NCBI GenBank assembly: GCA_951406725.2
Contig: OX597819.1
Coordinates: 60,326,001 to 60,390,000 of the forward strand
Direction: 5' to 3'
Source of the DNA: Octopus vulgaris
Taxonomy: Eukaryota
DNA length: 64,000 nucleotides
Both the position numbers and the translations under genes were made by a program. A model generated the notes under the pieces. That model was not told the DNA's origin. It worked only from the letters and a program-made list of their open reading frames with translations, and did not search any database. Positions 36,151 to 48,779 of this stretch are shown here, in pieces (positions within the stretch are counted from its first letter, which is position 1; each line of letters opens with the position of its first letter).

Positions 36151-36589
36151 AATGAACAATATTATCGTTAAAGGTGTGACATTGTGATGATTTCTGGACG
36201 ATAACTGACGAGAAAAGAGCATGTCCATGTCTTGTGTGTAAAATTTCCGTCTGTTCCTTTGTCGTCCTTCTGTTCAATTTTTAGATGTATGAGTGTGAGT
36301 GCGTGTGTGTGTGTATGAATGTGTGTGCGCGCACATGTATGTATGTGTGCGTGCGTGTGTATGTATGTATGCGTGTGTGTGTGCTTTTAATTTCCGTCCA
36401 CCAAATCCACTTATAAGGCTTTGGCCGGTTCGCAGCTAAAGTATAAGATATTTCCTTAAGGTGCCACACAGTAGGACTGAACCCAGAACCAAGTAGTTAG
36501 GAAATAGACTCCTTACCACATACACAGGTGGAGGAGGTGGGGTGGTCTAATCAATTATCTGACTGGTACTAATACAAGTAATTCTTTCT

Positions 36590-36645
36590 TTGTCAAGCGA
36601 TGTTGGGGGTACAAACACAGACACACAAACATATACACACACACA

Positions 36646-36689
<44 letters not shown>

Positions 36690-36853
36690 CACATATATAC
36701 GACTGGCTTCTTTCAGTTTCTGTCTACCAATTCCACTCACAAGGCTTTGGTCGGCCCGAGGCTATAGTAGAAGACACGGGCCCAAGGCGCCTCGCAATGG
36801 GACTGAACCCGGAACCATGTGGTTGGTAAGCAAGCTACTTACCACACAGCCAC
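36590..36853 (-). mobile_element. SINE family A, 3'-truncated
   Basis: Head, core and microsatellite; CpGs retained. Confidence 0.85.
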
Positions 36854-37537
36854 TTTATGTGCATCCCTTTATTTATAATTTTTTTTAGGTTGGGGGAGGG
36901 GCAACGTAAACGTTTTGAACATACTCCTAAAAACATGGGTTTGCACCCTCGTAAGTAAACTTCGTTTCCACACTTATGGTTTGATCGCAGTCTCTGTTCG
37001 ATCTGGCTTTACCTGGAGCTAAACAACGAGTGTGCTTATTTTAAAAGTAGTCATTAACCCCCCCCACACACACACACACAATTGTCGACCCCAGTAGAAG
37101 AGTATGACGCTATCCTTATTACGATGATGGTGATGGAGATAATAATCATGGTGGTGGTGATCGTAATGACGACAGCAACGATTTCTGTGTTTATTTATTA
37201 ATTCATTTTATTATTATTTTTTTTTAACCTAGGCAGTCAGCCAAATATTGTAAAAGTAGCGATAGTGACCAACTTTAATGTCTTACTAATACCTATTTCT
37301 TCGACTTCCGTAGGAAGAATGGTAAGAATCAATATTGGCGTAATCTGTATTCCCGTCAAACACCGAACTAGATACTAAACTTCCTGCAATTGCCTTCAAT
37401 TCACTGTTCTAATTACAGTTACTATCATTATTAGCACATGGCCACGAATTTATAGAGGAAGAGGCTGCGCTTGAATTTACACAGTTCATGACTGGTACTT
37501 ATTTTAATCACACCTTCCTACGTACATTCACACACAC

Positions 37538-37572
<35 letters not shown>

Positions 37573-37587
37573 ATAAATAAATAAAAT

Positions 37588-38038
37588 TGTTTGTTCCTTC
37601 TCAAGCCATGCCTGGCTCATAGGGCCAGTTTCCCGGTTTCCTTGGCGTATGGGTTCCGCACCTGGACGGGATGCCGGTCCGTCGCAGGTGAGAGAAAGTT
37701 GTGGCGAAAGAGTCAGCAGAAGTTCGCCATTACCTTCTGCCGGAGCCGCGTGGAGCTTAGGTGTTTCGCTCATAAACATACACATCACCCGGTCTGAGAT
37801 TCGAACCCACGATCCCTCGACCGTATGGGTTCCGCACCTGGACGGGATGCCGGTCCGTCGCAGGTGAGAGAAAGTTGTGGCGAAAGAGTCAGCAGAAGTT
37901 CGCCATTACCTTCTGCCGGAGCCGCGTGGAGCTTAGGTGTTTCGCTCATAAACATACACATCACCCGGTCTGAGATTCGAACCCACGATCCCTCGACCGC
38001 GAGTCGGCTGCACTAACCACTAGGCCATGTGCCTCCAC
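37588..38038 (-). mobile_element. tRNA-derived SINE family D with internal 176-bp tandem duplication
   Basis: Minus strand has A box TGGCCTAGTGG and B box GGTTCGAATC. Units are 37646-37821 and 37822-37997. Related copy at 62969-63280. Confidence 0.88.
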
Positions 38039-38109
38039 GAATAAATAAAGAAGTATGATTTAACACGATTTGAACTCCCAGTATAAAATAGAAAGACGAC
38101 TACTAAATA

Positions 38110-38720
38110 TTAGTTTCAAATTTTAGCACAAGGCCAGCAAGATCGGAAGGTGGCAAGTCAACTACATCGACGCCAGTGCTCAAATGGTACTTATTTTATT
38201 GACCCCCGAATGGATGAAAAGCAAAGTCGACCCCGGCGGGATTTGAACTCAGAAAATAGAGACGTTCGAAATGCGGCTAAGCATTCTGCCAGCTCGCCGC
38301 CTTACAAGACCTAACTGAATATTCTTTTCTCCTCTAGGCACAAGGCCCGAAATTTTTGGGGAGGGGGCCAGTCGATCAGATCGATCTCAGTCAGCAACTG
38401 ATACTTAATTTATTGACCCCGAAAGGATGAAAGGCAAAGTCGACCTCGGCAGAATTTGAACTCAGAATGTAGCGCCAGACGAAATACCTGTTTCTTTACT
38501 ACCCACAAGGGGCTAAACACAGAGAGGACAAACAAGGACAGACAAACGGATTAAGTCGATTATATCGACCCCAGTGCGTAACTGGTACTTATTTAATCGA
38601 CCCCGAAAGGATGAAAGGCAAAGTCGACCTCGGCAGAATTTGAACTCAGAACGTAGCGGCAGACGAAATACCGCTAAGCATTTCGTCCGGCGCGCTGTTT
38701 CTTCCAGCTCGCCACCTTGA
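38110..38720 (-). mobile_element. Cluster of tandem/nested SINE B copies
   Basis: Three GGATGAAAGGCAAAGTCGACC-like units in the same orientation. Confidence 0.85.
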
Positions 38721-39739
38721 CATAACTAAATATTGTAAAGCAAATTGTCTGGCGATATCATTTCTATCATAAAATCCTAATAATTCTTCCAAATTTTGGT
38801 TCAGCAATTTTAGGGCTAAGGGATTAATTGATTACACTGACCCTTCTATGTAACTGGTATTTTATTTTATCAAGCCTTTAAGGATAGAGGTAAAGCTGAC
38901 TTCGGTGGGATTTGAACTTTGAATGTAAACAACGGGAAGAAATGCAAATTGGCGTTTTGTCCGACGCACTAACGATCCTGCCATTCGCCGCCATACAAAT
39001 AGTAATTATAATGGTTTCTGATCGACGCAAAAGGCAGCAATTTTTTTAGGGTAAACAATCGACCCCAGTACTTGGAGATATGTCCTTGACTTAATGGATT
39101 CTGTCCTGAAATATTTCAACTTTAATTCCAAAAAGACCAAACTAACTAACTAGACCTAGAAAGAAAATTAAAATTAGGTTATTCTGGTATTCGAATTGAA
39201 TATTTTATAAAAGTAAATATATGAATAAATTGGGGACGAAATTTCGCGCCGTCCTTGAAGGTCATCAATATACAAAGAGAAGGACAGGGAGCTGGCAGAA
39301 TCGTTACCGCATCGGACAAAATGCTTAGTGGTATTTCTAACGCCTTTACGTTCTGATTTCAAATTCAGCCGAAGCTGACTTTGCGCTTCATCCTTTCGGA
39401 ATCGATAGAATAAATGCCAATCAAGTACGGGAGGGGGGTCAATGTAATCGACTTCCCCCTTCTCTCAAAAACCGCTGGTCCTGTACCAAAATTTGGAACC
39501 AAAGTATGAAGCCAATGGTCAATGAGAATCGACTTTTGCAAGGATATGAGTATTTAGTATGCAGGATCTCCCCTGAAGTATTTTCTCTCCACAGTATTGT
39601 TGATATTCATTAGCGACACTGAATCCCATCCATCCATCCATCTATGCATGCATGTTTGTTATTTGCCTCTTTTATAGAATAAAGATTCAGATGTTCTAAA
39701 ACCTCACAGCTGCTTTTCAGAAGAATTTGCGATGACAAC

Positions 39740-40430
39740 AAGAAGAGGAACCGTTAAGTAAAGATATTCTAGCTGGGGCGAATTACCTTCCTACTCTCTA
39801 TGTGCTGAAAGAGGGACACCTTCAACATTTCAGTAGCTATCATAAAATCTCAGCTGATGGTTACCACTGCTGACGTCATGACCAGATGCTTAAGGCAGTT
39901 ATGGAGCTGATAACAGTTGTGCAATCCATTAAACATCACCTCAAAAAGGAAACTATGCCTTTTCTGAAAACTGGAGAGAAGCTCTATATTGTCAAAGATG
40001 AAAACTTGCCTACTTTACGTGGCCCCAGACTCGTAGCTGAGAATAGATCTTGCATAACAAAAGTTTCCTCGTCACCTTTTACAAACAACACCCCATTCAG
40101 ACTTAATCGTTTCCTCCGATTCCACCAAGCAAGTAACCGCGTGAGAAACTGACTGTGCCCTGGGAAGAACACATGGAGAAGGCATATCAGAGAAAACTTA
40201 CCAAATACCAGGAGCTGGTAAGAGAAATGCGAAAGCTGGGGCTGGCGGCCTCAATGCGTACTAGCTAAAGTGAGCTGCTGTTGTTTGTGGGATGCTCACT
40301 CTGCAAAAGTTTGGTTGAGTTGGAATCACTGGTACAACAAGAACCGAGAATACACGTCTTCTCATTGAAGCCACAGAGTAAGCTACTATATTTCTTTGGA
40401 TGAAGAGGGTAGGCCCATGGTTAGTTGCTG
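39740..40430 (+). pseudogene. HERO/NeSL-like non-LTR retrotransposon 3' relic (zinc knuckle + restriction-like endonuclease)
   Basis: Fragments LCAERG..QH, RHDQMLK, LTVPWEEHMEKAYQRKLTKYQELV and EATE*ATIFLWMKR occur in the expected order. Confidence 0.7.
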
Positions 40431-41226
40431 CTAAGATGCAAGGAGGGGCTTGATCAACCCTGGCTGATTGATCGAGCCCGCATTGAAAGGGCCTGATATT
40501 GAAACCCCACAAAAAAAACCCTACGGCCTCTGAAACATCGTTGATGACGCAACCCAGAGTATTGAAAGATTTATCTTGAAACTTTATTTTATTTTGATTT
40601 ATTTCCTTTACACAATTGATTTAAAAAAACAAATAATAACATGCCTAATCTACTTAGCATTAATTCAATGTCCTAATAATCTAGTCTGAATGCACGTGGC
40701 TTCATGATTAGATTTATGGGGTGGCTATCATCGTGTTCGATTCTTGGATCTGGTAACGTGTAGTGTTCTTGAGCAAAGCACTACATGTCACCTTGCTACA
40801 GTCTACGCTCTAGAAATAAGTATCAGCGGGTTACTGGTACAGCCGTCTCCCTATTCTCCAGCGGTCACATCCTCGATGTTTCGCTGGAGGAGCCGGAAGG
40901 ATGTCATGTCAGCGACTGTGCCGGTACCTAAGACAATTAAGAAAAGCATGGTACATTTTGTTAAGTCATGCCGACGAGTGACAGCTGTGGGTCTAATAAT
41001 ATTCAACGCGCGTGTGTTTCTCTCTCTTAGGCTTACTCAGCACAAATTTGAAATTTAAACTTAGATGATAATTACATTCGTGTAGTTACGCATATCAAAG
41101 AAATTCAGCGTATTGATCAATTCAAATACATGTTATTTATAGTCACAGTGCAGGCTATACAAATAGAAATCACATTAGTTTGAAGTGGGAGTGAAAACAT
41201 TATGAAGAATATGAAGTTAATGCACA

Positions 41227-42377
41227 GGAGTCCAAATCAGGCCGAAATACAATGTCTGGCGATCACTGACATTCTGAACGAAGCTCTTTTATAACGCATA
41301 ATTCTCTTTGAGAAGTTTTCCCGATTCAAACTATTACAGCCAGTGTTGTTCCACGTTTGTATACACATGTTATATACACCGGTACAAGAATATACTTAGT
41401 TTCGTTGTTAACCATTTTTTTTTTGTCCAAAATATATTTGAAAAATATTAGAAAATCAAACAATGACATGGGTAATAAATATATCTTGTGTTTATCCAAT
41501 GTTCTAATATCTAGTTGCATCAGTTATAATAGGAGTGTAACAAATTGCCATGTCTTTAGGCAAGAAGGAGTATATAACAACGAAAATAAATACATTCTTC
41601 GCAATTTTATTCTCTTTCACTCTAAACTAATGTGATCTCTATGACAACGTTATGACGACAAATAACATCTTTTCAAAGTAAACGCTATTCTCAGCATGTG
41701 TGAAGGACATAACTTATCAAATGCAATTTTAAAATTGCATTAACGAAATCTAAGATTGAAACGCTTAGGTGATAATGGATATAAGAACATTGACTAAACA
41801 TAAAACTGAATAACCGTGTGGGTATTTGTTTTCAAATTTCCCGAAGAAAATAAATATTTAGTTATAAAGAATAAAGATACAAATTATTTTCATTCTGTAA
41901 AAGAGGTGATTGACAAATTCGGATGAATCGAACAAAGTGGTTTTAATCATAACATAAGACATTATTTACGTATGATGTATGCAGTTATCTTAGAATCCAA
42001 GCAACTAGCTTTATGTACATGAACAGAGCCACATTTCTGTGCGAGACTAATTTTTTAAAAAGCCATAAATCCTATCTCCTTGATGGTAGGAGTTTAATAA
42101 AGTGAGGAAACTGCCATGTTTTTTTTTTAGGCAAAATGAAGAATAACGATCAAAATATGTACATTCTTCATCATAATCAATTTACGCGTTTCAGTTAACA
42201 TTAGACTAAACGATGCGTATAACACTTTTAATCTATATACAAATATAGAACAGAGCAAGCTGTAATATTTTGTCTGAGGGACACTTCTCTTGAGGCTATG
42301 TTTTAAAAACACAGAGCTCTCTCAGAATGTCGTCAGAAGATCGTCAGTCACTGATATTTCGACCTGATTTGGACTCC
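41227..42377. mobile_element. Old non-autonomous TIR element (~115-bp imperfect TIRs)
   Basis: GGAGTCCAAATCAGGCCGAAATA... is mirrored by ...TATTTCGACCTGATTTGGACTCC. AT-rich interior; no clear TSD. Confidence 0.65.
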
Positions 42378-42479
42378 GCAGTGATGAGCGTGCCCGGACA
42401 TTCTTATTTAGGTTGAAACTTTCGCTCCAATATAGAAATCAGTCAAAAAATATCCGCTTTCCAGGCTTATAAATGCTAA

Positions 42480-42800
42480 ATAAATCATTCTAGCTTCCAC
42501 ACTTCTAGCTCGCATATTCCATGTAGGATTCTCTATGGTTAGTTACACTACAGTCAACACCTGACTGAAGGATGAAAGAAGCCGTTTAGAGATCAACTGA
42601 TGATCACTTTGACGAAAAGCAACATCAACCCTTCAAGTATGGAAGACATTGTTAAGCACTGATTACTTTGTCGGTGACGCTGTTGGAAGAATATTGAAGA
42701 TATGACGGAGAAACGTACAAGGGAAACGAGGATAAGAGGCATACCCGTAAAGTAATGCCTGGTGTCTCCGACCAAAACATGTACACGTCTGTCTACAGCC
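42480..42800 (+). pseudogene. RTE/BovB-like RT C-terminal relic
   Basis: HIPCRILYG*L...G*KKPFRDQL...INPSSMEDI resembles IPK.LLYGEL..G.R..GG.KKR.KD.L...I....WE. Confidence 0.55.
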
Positions 42801-44349
42801 GAAGCAGTATTTCAAGGTTTGAAATGTAGTCAGTAAAGAGTATTGTAACGAGATTCGAAACTGAGTTCAAGCCACGACATCGCTCAACCCTATTCACATG
42901 AAAGACCGAGCTATTAGCCAAATAGCGGCCGGTTTTCAGGTGATAGAATATTCCAGACCCTTCTAGAATATTCGATACAAGGGTTATTAATAGGGTTTGA
43001 GTGCCGACTTTCAATGTATACCAAATTGTGGTCCGTTTCACACACTCCCTTGCTGTTAACATAGTCGTTTTAGCGACTCCATGCGCAATCTGGATATGTG
43101 TTATAATCTGGCAGATATAAATCAATGTGTACAGCTAATGTTTTAATCAAGCTCCAGTACCAAGCCTTTGCATCCAGCTTAACATGCATGTTACAATACA
43201 GTCGTGTTGATTTGATTTGAAGATTGGTATAATCCTTGATCATCTAGAAATATGACTTACGCGGTGTAAATAAAATCATAATTAATTGTTCGTATGGTGT
43301 TGTTGCCTCATTACACGCAACTTCCCCCACATCATCAGCAACAACCACTACATGACAGTATACAAATAAAGGATGATCATTATCAGATTTCAGGGACAAC
43401 CGTAAACAAGCCAGTTTATGTATAGGCACGTTGCTATGTATGTGAGTGTAAGGGTTGGTATCTTTGTATATATGTACACCTGCAAAATACATGTATGTGT
43501 GTCTGTGAGTGTGTATGTATATGTATGCTTTATATATGTATCTATAGGGATGTGTCCCTACGTTTGTGTATGTGCGTGGGAGTACCATAGATTAAATTAT
43601 ATGTAAGCTTTAACGCCATCCAAAAGAACAAAACCACCCGGAAATTACATTCCTAATGTTTATCCCTAATCAGAACTCGGTCTCTATCCTCAGACCATGT
43701 ATGTCGTGTGTGTGTGTGTGCGCCTGCATTTGTGAGTGCGTGAATGAATAGTTACCTACGTATTTATTCATCCACATAAATTTGCTGCACCCGTAATTGC
43801 CACTTAATTAGAATCTGCTGAAATTCTTAATCATTCTTTTCCGTTTGTTTTTCTTTTTTTTTATGATTTCTCATCCGTGTCTTCTTCTTCTCCTCCTCCT
43901 TTTTCCTCTTCTTCTCCCCCTCCCCCTCCTTTTTCATGTACCCTTATTGTTATTATTTTCTTTTCATTCATTTCTCTTCTTTTTTTTCTCTACACAATGG
44001 CATTTGCCTACGTAATTTAGTCAATGATCCCGGCAAGGTTGGTTTCGGAATCACCCGATCAGCATCAGCCTATGCGCACACACACACACACACACACACA
44101 AGTTTGAAAAATTACGGCACCCGTCATCTGAGGATCGGAAATGCGAAACGCTGAACAGCGACTCACACAGACACAGCTTTGAATATATTAGTTTCAAATT
44201 TTGGTTGCAAGGCCAGCACGTTCGGGGGGGGGGGGGTGCTCTACTGCTACTTATTTTATCGATCCCGAAATTATGAAAGGCAAAGTCAGCCTTGGCCGAA
44301 TTTAAACTCAGAACACGAAGATGGAGGAAATGCTGCTAAGTATTTTGCC

Positions 44350-45930
44350 CGGCTTTGAATATATTATGCGCGATTATGTCTGTATCGTTATCACCATGAT
44401 GCTCTGTTTGGATTTCTGGCGGAACATAGTCTCTTCTCAACAGTCTTTCAACGCGGTCTTTCTTGTGCTTTCCTTTTTCACTTGGTTCAATGTCACCCCC
44501 TCCTTTAATTCCTACACGACTGGACCTCTCTCGAGCGCTCCTCGGCTGCCCTCCTGCCTTTTCTATCTTACATTCCAATCTAAGTATTGCTTTACCAAAT
44601 TTCTCCCCGGTTTTCTTAACCTATGACCAACCCTGCTCCGCTTGCATCTCGTTAATTTTTGGCCGATGGGTTTGTGGCTGTTGGTTGTGGTTACCACTTG
44701 TACTTGAGCTGATTGACTAACTGCTAGGAGCTGTATTTGATTGCTGACGTTGGGAGCTGACTGTGACTTCTAGCGTCGGAAGTCAACAGCTGTACCTAGA
44801 AGAAAACGACGAAATCTGTTGAGGTTTTTGCGAATAATTTTATTTCATGAGAGAGTTTGGATGTTATTGTTCTTTGTGAAATTGAAATAGCATTTGTAAA
44901 GTTATTGATCGTCGTTGCGTTGCTGCCGGTAGTTCATATGATGACGTTGTCCGTGTCTGTTAGCCATCCGTCTGCCATACTGTCTATGCTACATACTAAA
45001 GCTCTCTGGTTGCTGGTCGCGTATGTGTCATTTTATACCTATTGATGGGCTCAGAAAGGAGTGCACCAAAAGTTGAAATTGTTGTTGGAACCTGTTCCAC
45101 ATCGAATCGTAATTGGCCAGATTTTGTTGAGCATGTGTGTAATACTCTTTCTATGCAAAGTTGCGATTGGTTAGATTTATTGATCATGTGTGTCATATTC
45201 CAACGAATCGCGACATTGGGTGATTGCTGAATATTCCGCTACAGGTTTCCTTTTGGATGCCGCCCAAAGGTCTTTATTGCTCACAATTTTTGCGTATATA
45301 GTGTTTAAGATTCTTCTGAGACACCTGTTCGTGAATGTTTAGAGCCCTTTAAGGATGTCCCTGTCCATTTGCCATGGCTCAGCACCATAAAACAGGATGG
45401 ATTTGACGTCGTTATTGAAAATCCCCAGTTTCCCACTTTAACCTGAAGTTACGCTAGACTTACCAGGTTTATGGGTTTTACCTACTGTAGACAGTCTCAG
45501 TTTGTAGGCAACTAGGTGGTGATTGCTGCCAACACGTACATTGAAATGTGCTTGTAGGACAAATGACTCGGTTTTAACTACGTCTAAAGATGTTAGGGAA
45601 TTACATCTACTGAACGATTTGTATTTGTCCTCACCGTTTCGTGCATGTACTTGCAACATCCACAGCAAGCCTTCCTTCAGCCTAAGATTCAGAAAGCAAA
45701 TCTTCCTATCTACTGGGATCCACTCCTTAACACCTTGTGCGATTCACGCTATAACACAATCTGACAGCCAGGGGGCTTGTGGCTATCCCCATTTCCGTCT
45801 GTGAAGACATAGTTGACACCACTCCTGTGTAGGAAAATCTCAATCATCCATCCAAATCAACGGTACCAGAGCCACTGGACCTTGTAGAGGAGACACCCAT
45901 AATATGTTGCCAGTAGCGTTTGACCTCTCC
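44350..45930 (-). pseudogene. Highly degenerate RTE-like LINE (endonuclease to pre-RT region)
   Basis: FVLQAHFNVRVG resembles the APE motif GDFNARVG, and RDYVPPEI resembles G.D.IP.E. Composition differs from the flanks. Confidence 0.45.
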
Positions 45931-47829
45931 CGCTAGTTCCTGCTTTTCACCTGGCTCATTGGTTAGAACTCTTTTGTTGTTATTTTTCATTAGGTTTATA
46001 GTGTGGGTTAAATTTCTTTGTTTATAAATTCAAAGCAATGCCTAAATAGCTATAGTAAGATCAACATCTATTTTACAAAGTAGCTCAATCAAATCTTTCT
46101 TTAAACAAACTACCTTATGCCAACTCATATTACGTGAGGCGAAAAAATCATCGTCTCCATAAAAATTTCTATAAATACTGGATGAACTACTTTATGCAAC
46201 CGATCTAGTATACATATATTCCTATTAATTACTGTACAATTCAGCCCTTAAAAAATAACGGTTAGAATTATCAAAAATCAAGAGGGATTTCTTTATTATA
46301 TTAGCTCAGATTCCTAACTGGTGCGATTTTATTTACTAAGAAGAAATCTTTGAAAAGAAAGAACTTTGGTGATAAAAAGATAAAAGTCAGAAATGTCAAA
46401 TGAGGTAAACTTACATTGCTGCTTATTGTGGACTCCACGGAAACATTCTTATTCTGTTGTTCCATTTTAGAAAGAATATCGTATTATTTCTACTCTAAGA
46501 ATAATCGTTTCGAGAATTTATTTGCTAACCATTCCAAATAAAGGTTTTCCAGGATTAATTAATCTACATTTCGGATTGCTAGTGAAGTTTTAGTTTGCTG
46601 TCCGTAAGCGTAATATGATGCGTTTGTGGAGAATTGCTTGCTATTCTACTCTGTCATCTATACTAAAGATGGTAGAAATTTCTTTAGCTTCTAGATTTAT
46701 ACAAGTGTTTGCGCCAGTATTTGATTTTTTTTTCTTTTATATATGTTAGTGTTATTATTAGATAACAGCCTATTACATTTGTCTTTGTCTACGTTGTAAG
46801 GTCATCAGGATAAACATGTATTTCCTCAGAATTATGCAACTATGCCAAGTTCTTTTAACGAGCAGTATCTGATTTTTTTTTTTACTTTACACGGTTACAA
46901 AGATTCGTTTAAAATGGTTCTGTACCTTTGTTTGATGGTTGATTTTTTTCTTTTTCTCTTTTTTTTTTGGATAAAAAATGATTGGCAGTTTTCAGTTACG
47001 GCTTTTACATTCTGAGTTCAAATCACGCCATGGTCACCTTTGTCTTTCTAAGTACCGGAATGATAAAATAAAGTACAGAGTCGATCTATATGTCTCAGAT
47101 GTGGATTGAATTATGATAGAAAAAGGAAAAGACCGATCTTTGTCTGCAAGAAAACTGAAGAAAAAGAGCCAAGCTTCTTGGATATGATGCGCCAAATTGT
47201 TAACAGACATTCTGGAATGATAAGCAAAGGAAAAATAACGCAGGAGCTCTAGATTAAACTCGTTACAATTATTCGCTTCATCCTTGTATTTTCAAAGTTC
47301 AACTGAAATCCTGCTGGAGACAAATTTACATTTCACCTCCTCAGGTTCGATCAAATAAACAGGTTTCTTTCGATGACACTTTTCTTCTTCAATAAATTTG
47401 TACCTTCCGCCAGTGCGAGAAAGCAATATACCATACACTAACATTCATACATGCTCGTTTGTCTGATTAAACAATCATTATTCACATTGTCCAAAGGAGA
47501 TGTTATGAAAATCATGTATACATAATATATAAGTAGCTTTTCGCCAGCTTTTCTTAGCGAGACAGAAAAAGTGACAGCAATATAAATAAATGCTTTGTTT
47601 TAAGTTAACGAAAAACAACGCATGTAATAAGGATATTAAATATAGAGCGTGAACTGAGAGTTCGGTATTTCATTAATTCGGTCATTGCGATAGGACTGTG
47701 AAGATCTTCGCTCACGCATTCCTGTACTATCGTTCTATCATGCCGTATATCTACTTGAGTTGTCCCTACAGTAATTTTATACGCTTGATGTACGGTTATA
47801 ATAGATGTTGGCATTATTTAGACCCTGAA

Positions 47830-48240
47830 AGGCGGCGAGCTGGCAGAATCGTTAGCACGCCGGGCGAAATGCTTAGCGGTATTTCGTCTGCCGCTACGTT
47901 CTGAGTTCAAATTCCGCCGAGGTCGACTTTGCCTTTCATCCTTTCGGGGTCGATTAAATAAGTACCAGTTACGCACTGGGGTCGATATAATTGACTTAAT
48001 CCGTTAGTCTGTCCTCTCTGTGTTTAGCCCCTTGTGGGTAGTAAAGAAATAGGTATTTTAAGGCGGTGAGCTGGCAGGGCGAAATGCTCAGCGGTATTTC
48101 CTCTGTCGTTACGTTCTGCGTTCAAATTCCGCCGAGGTTGACTTTGCCTTTCATCCTTTCAGGGTCGATAAAATTAGTACCAGTTACGCACTGGAGTCGA
48201 TGTAATCGACTTAATCCCTTTTCCCCAGAATTTGAAAAAA
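47830..48240 (+). mobile_element. Head-to-tail pair of SINE B copies
   Basis: AAGGCGGCGAGCTGGCAG head at ~47830 and again at ~48060. The first copy ends GTAAAGAAATAGGTAT. Confidence 0.88.
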
Positions 48241-48304
48241 TAATCCTTTCCAGTAGAAAGGATTATTTAGACCCAGACTACTCTCTCTGTGTGTGTGTGT
48301 GTCC

Positions 48305-48682
48305 CATGTGCAAGCGTGTCTGTATAGTAAGAAGTTTGCTTCCCAACCACATGGTTCAAGGTTCAATCCCACTGCATGGCACCTTGCGCAGGTGTCTTCT
48401 ACTATGTCCTCGAGCCGACCAAAGCCTTGTGAGTGGATCTGGTGGACAAAAACTGATAGAAGCCCGTTGTATATGTGTGTGTGTGTATATATATATATAT
48501 AATGTATGTGTGTGTGTCTTTGTATATATGGTTGTTCCCCACCACTGCTTGACAACCCGTTTTTGTATATGTATATCCTCGTAACTTAGCAGTTCGGCAA
48601 TAAATCTCGGCGATCTTCTCAATAGTACTAGGCTTAAAAAGGAGTCGATTCAGCACAGCCGCAGCCTAATGACTGAAACAAG

Positions 48683-48685
<3 letters not shown>
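48305..48685 (+). mobile_element. SINE family A, degenerate
   Basis: B box GGTTCAATCCC, core and partial tail. Confidence 0.75.

Positions 48686-48776
<91 letters not shown>
48685..48776. repeat. (TA)n(GA)n microsatellite
   Basis: Directly visible. Confidence 0.97.
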
Positions 48777-48779
<3 letters not shown>

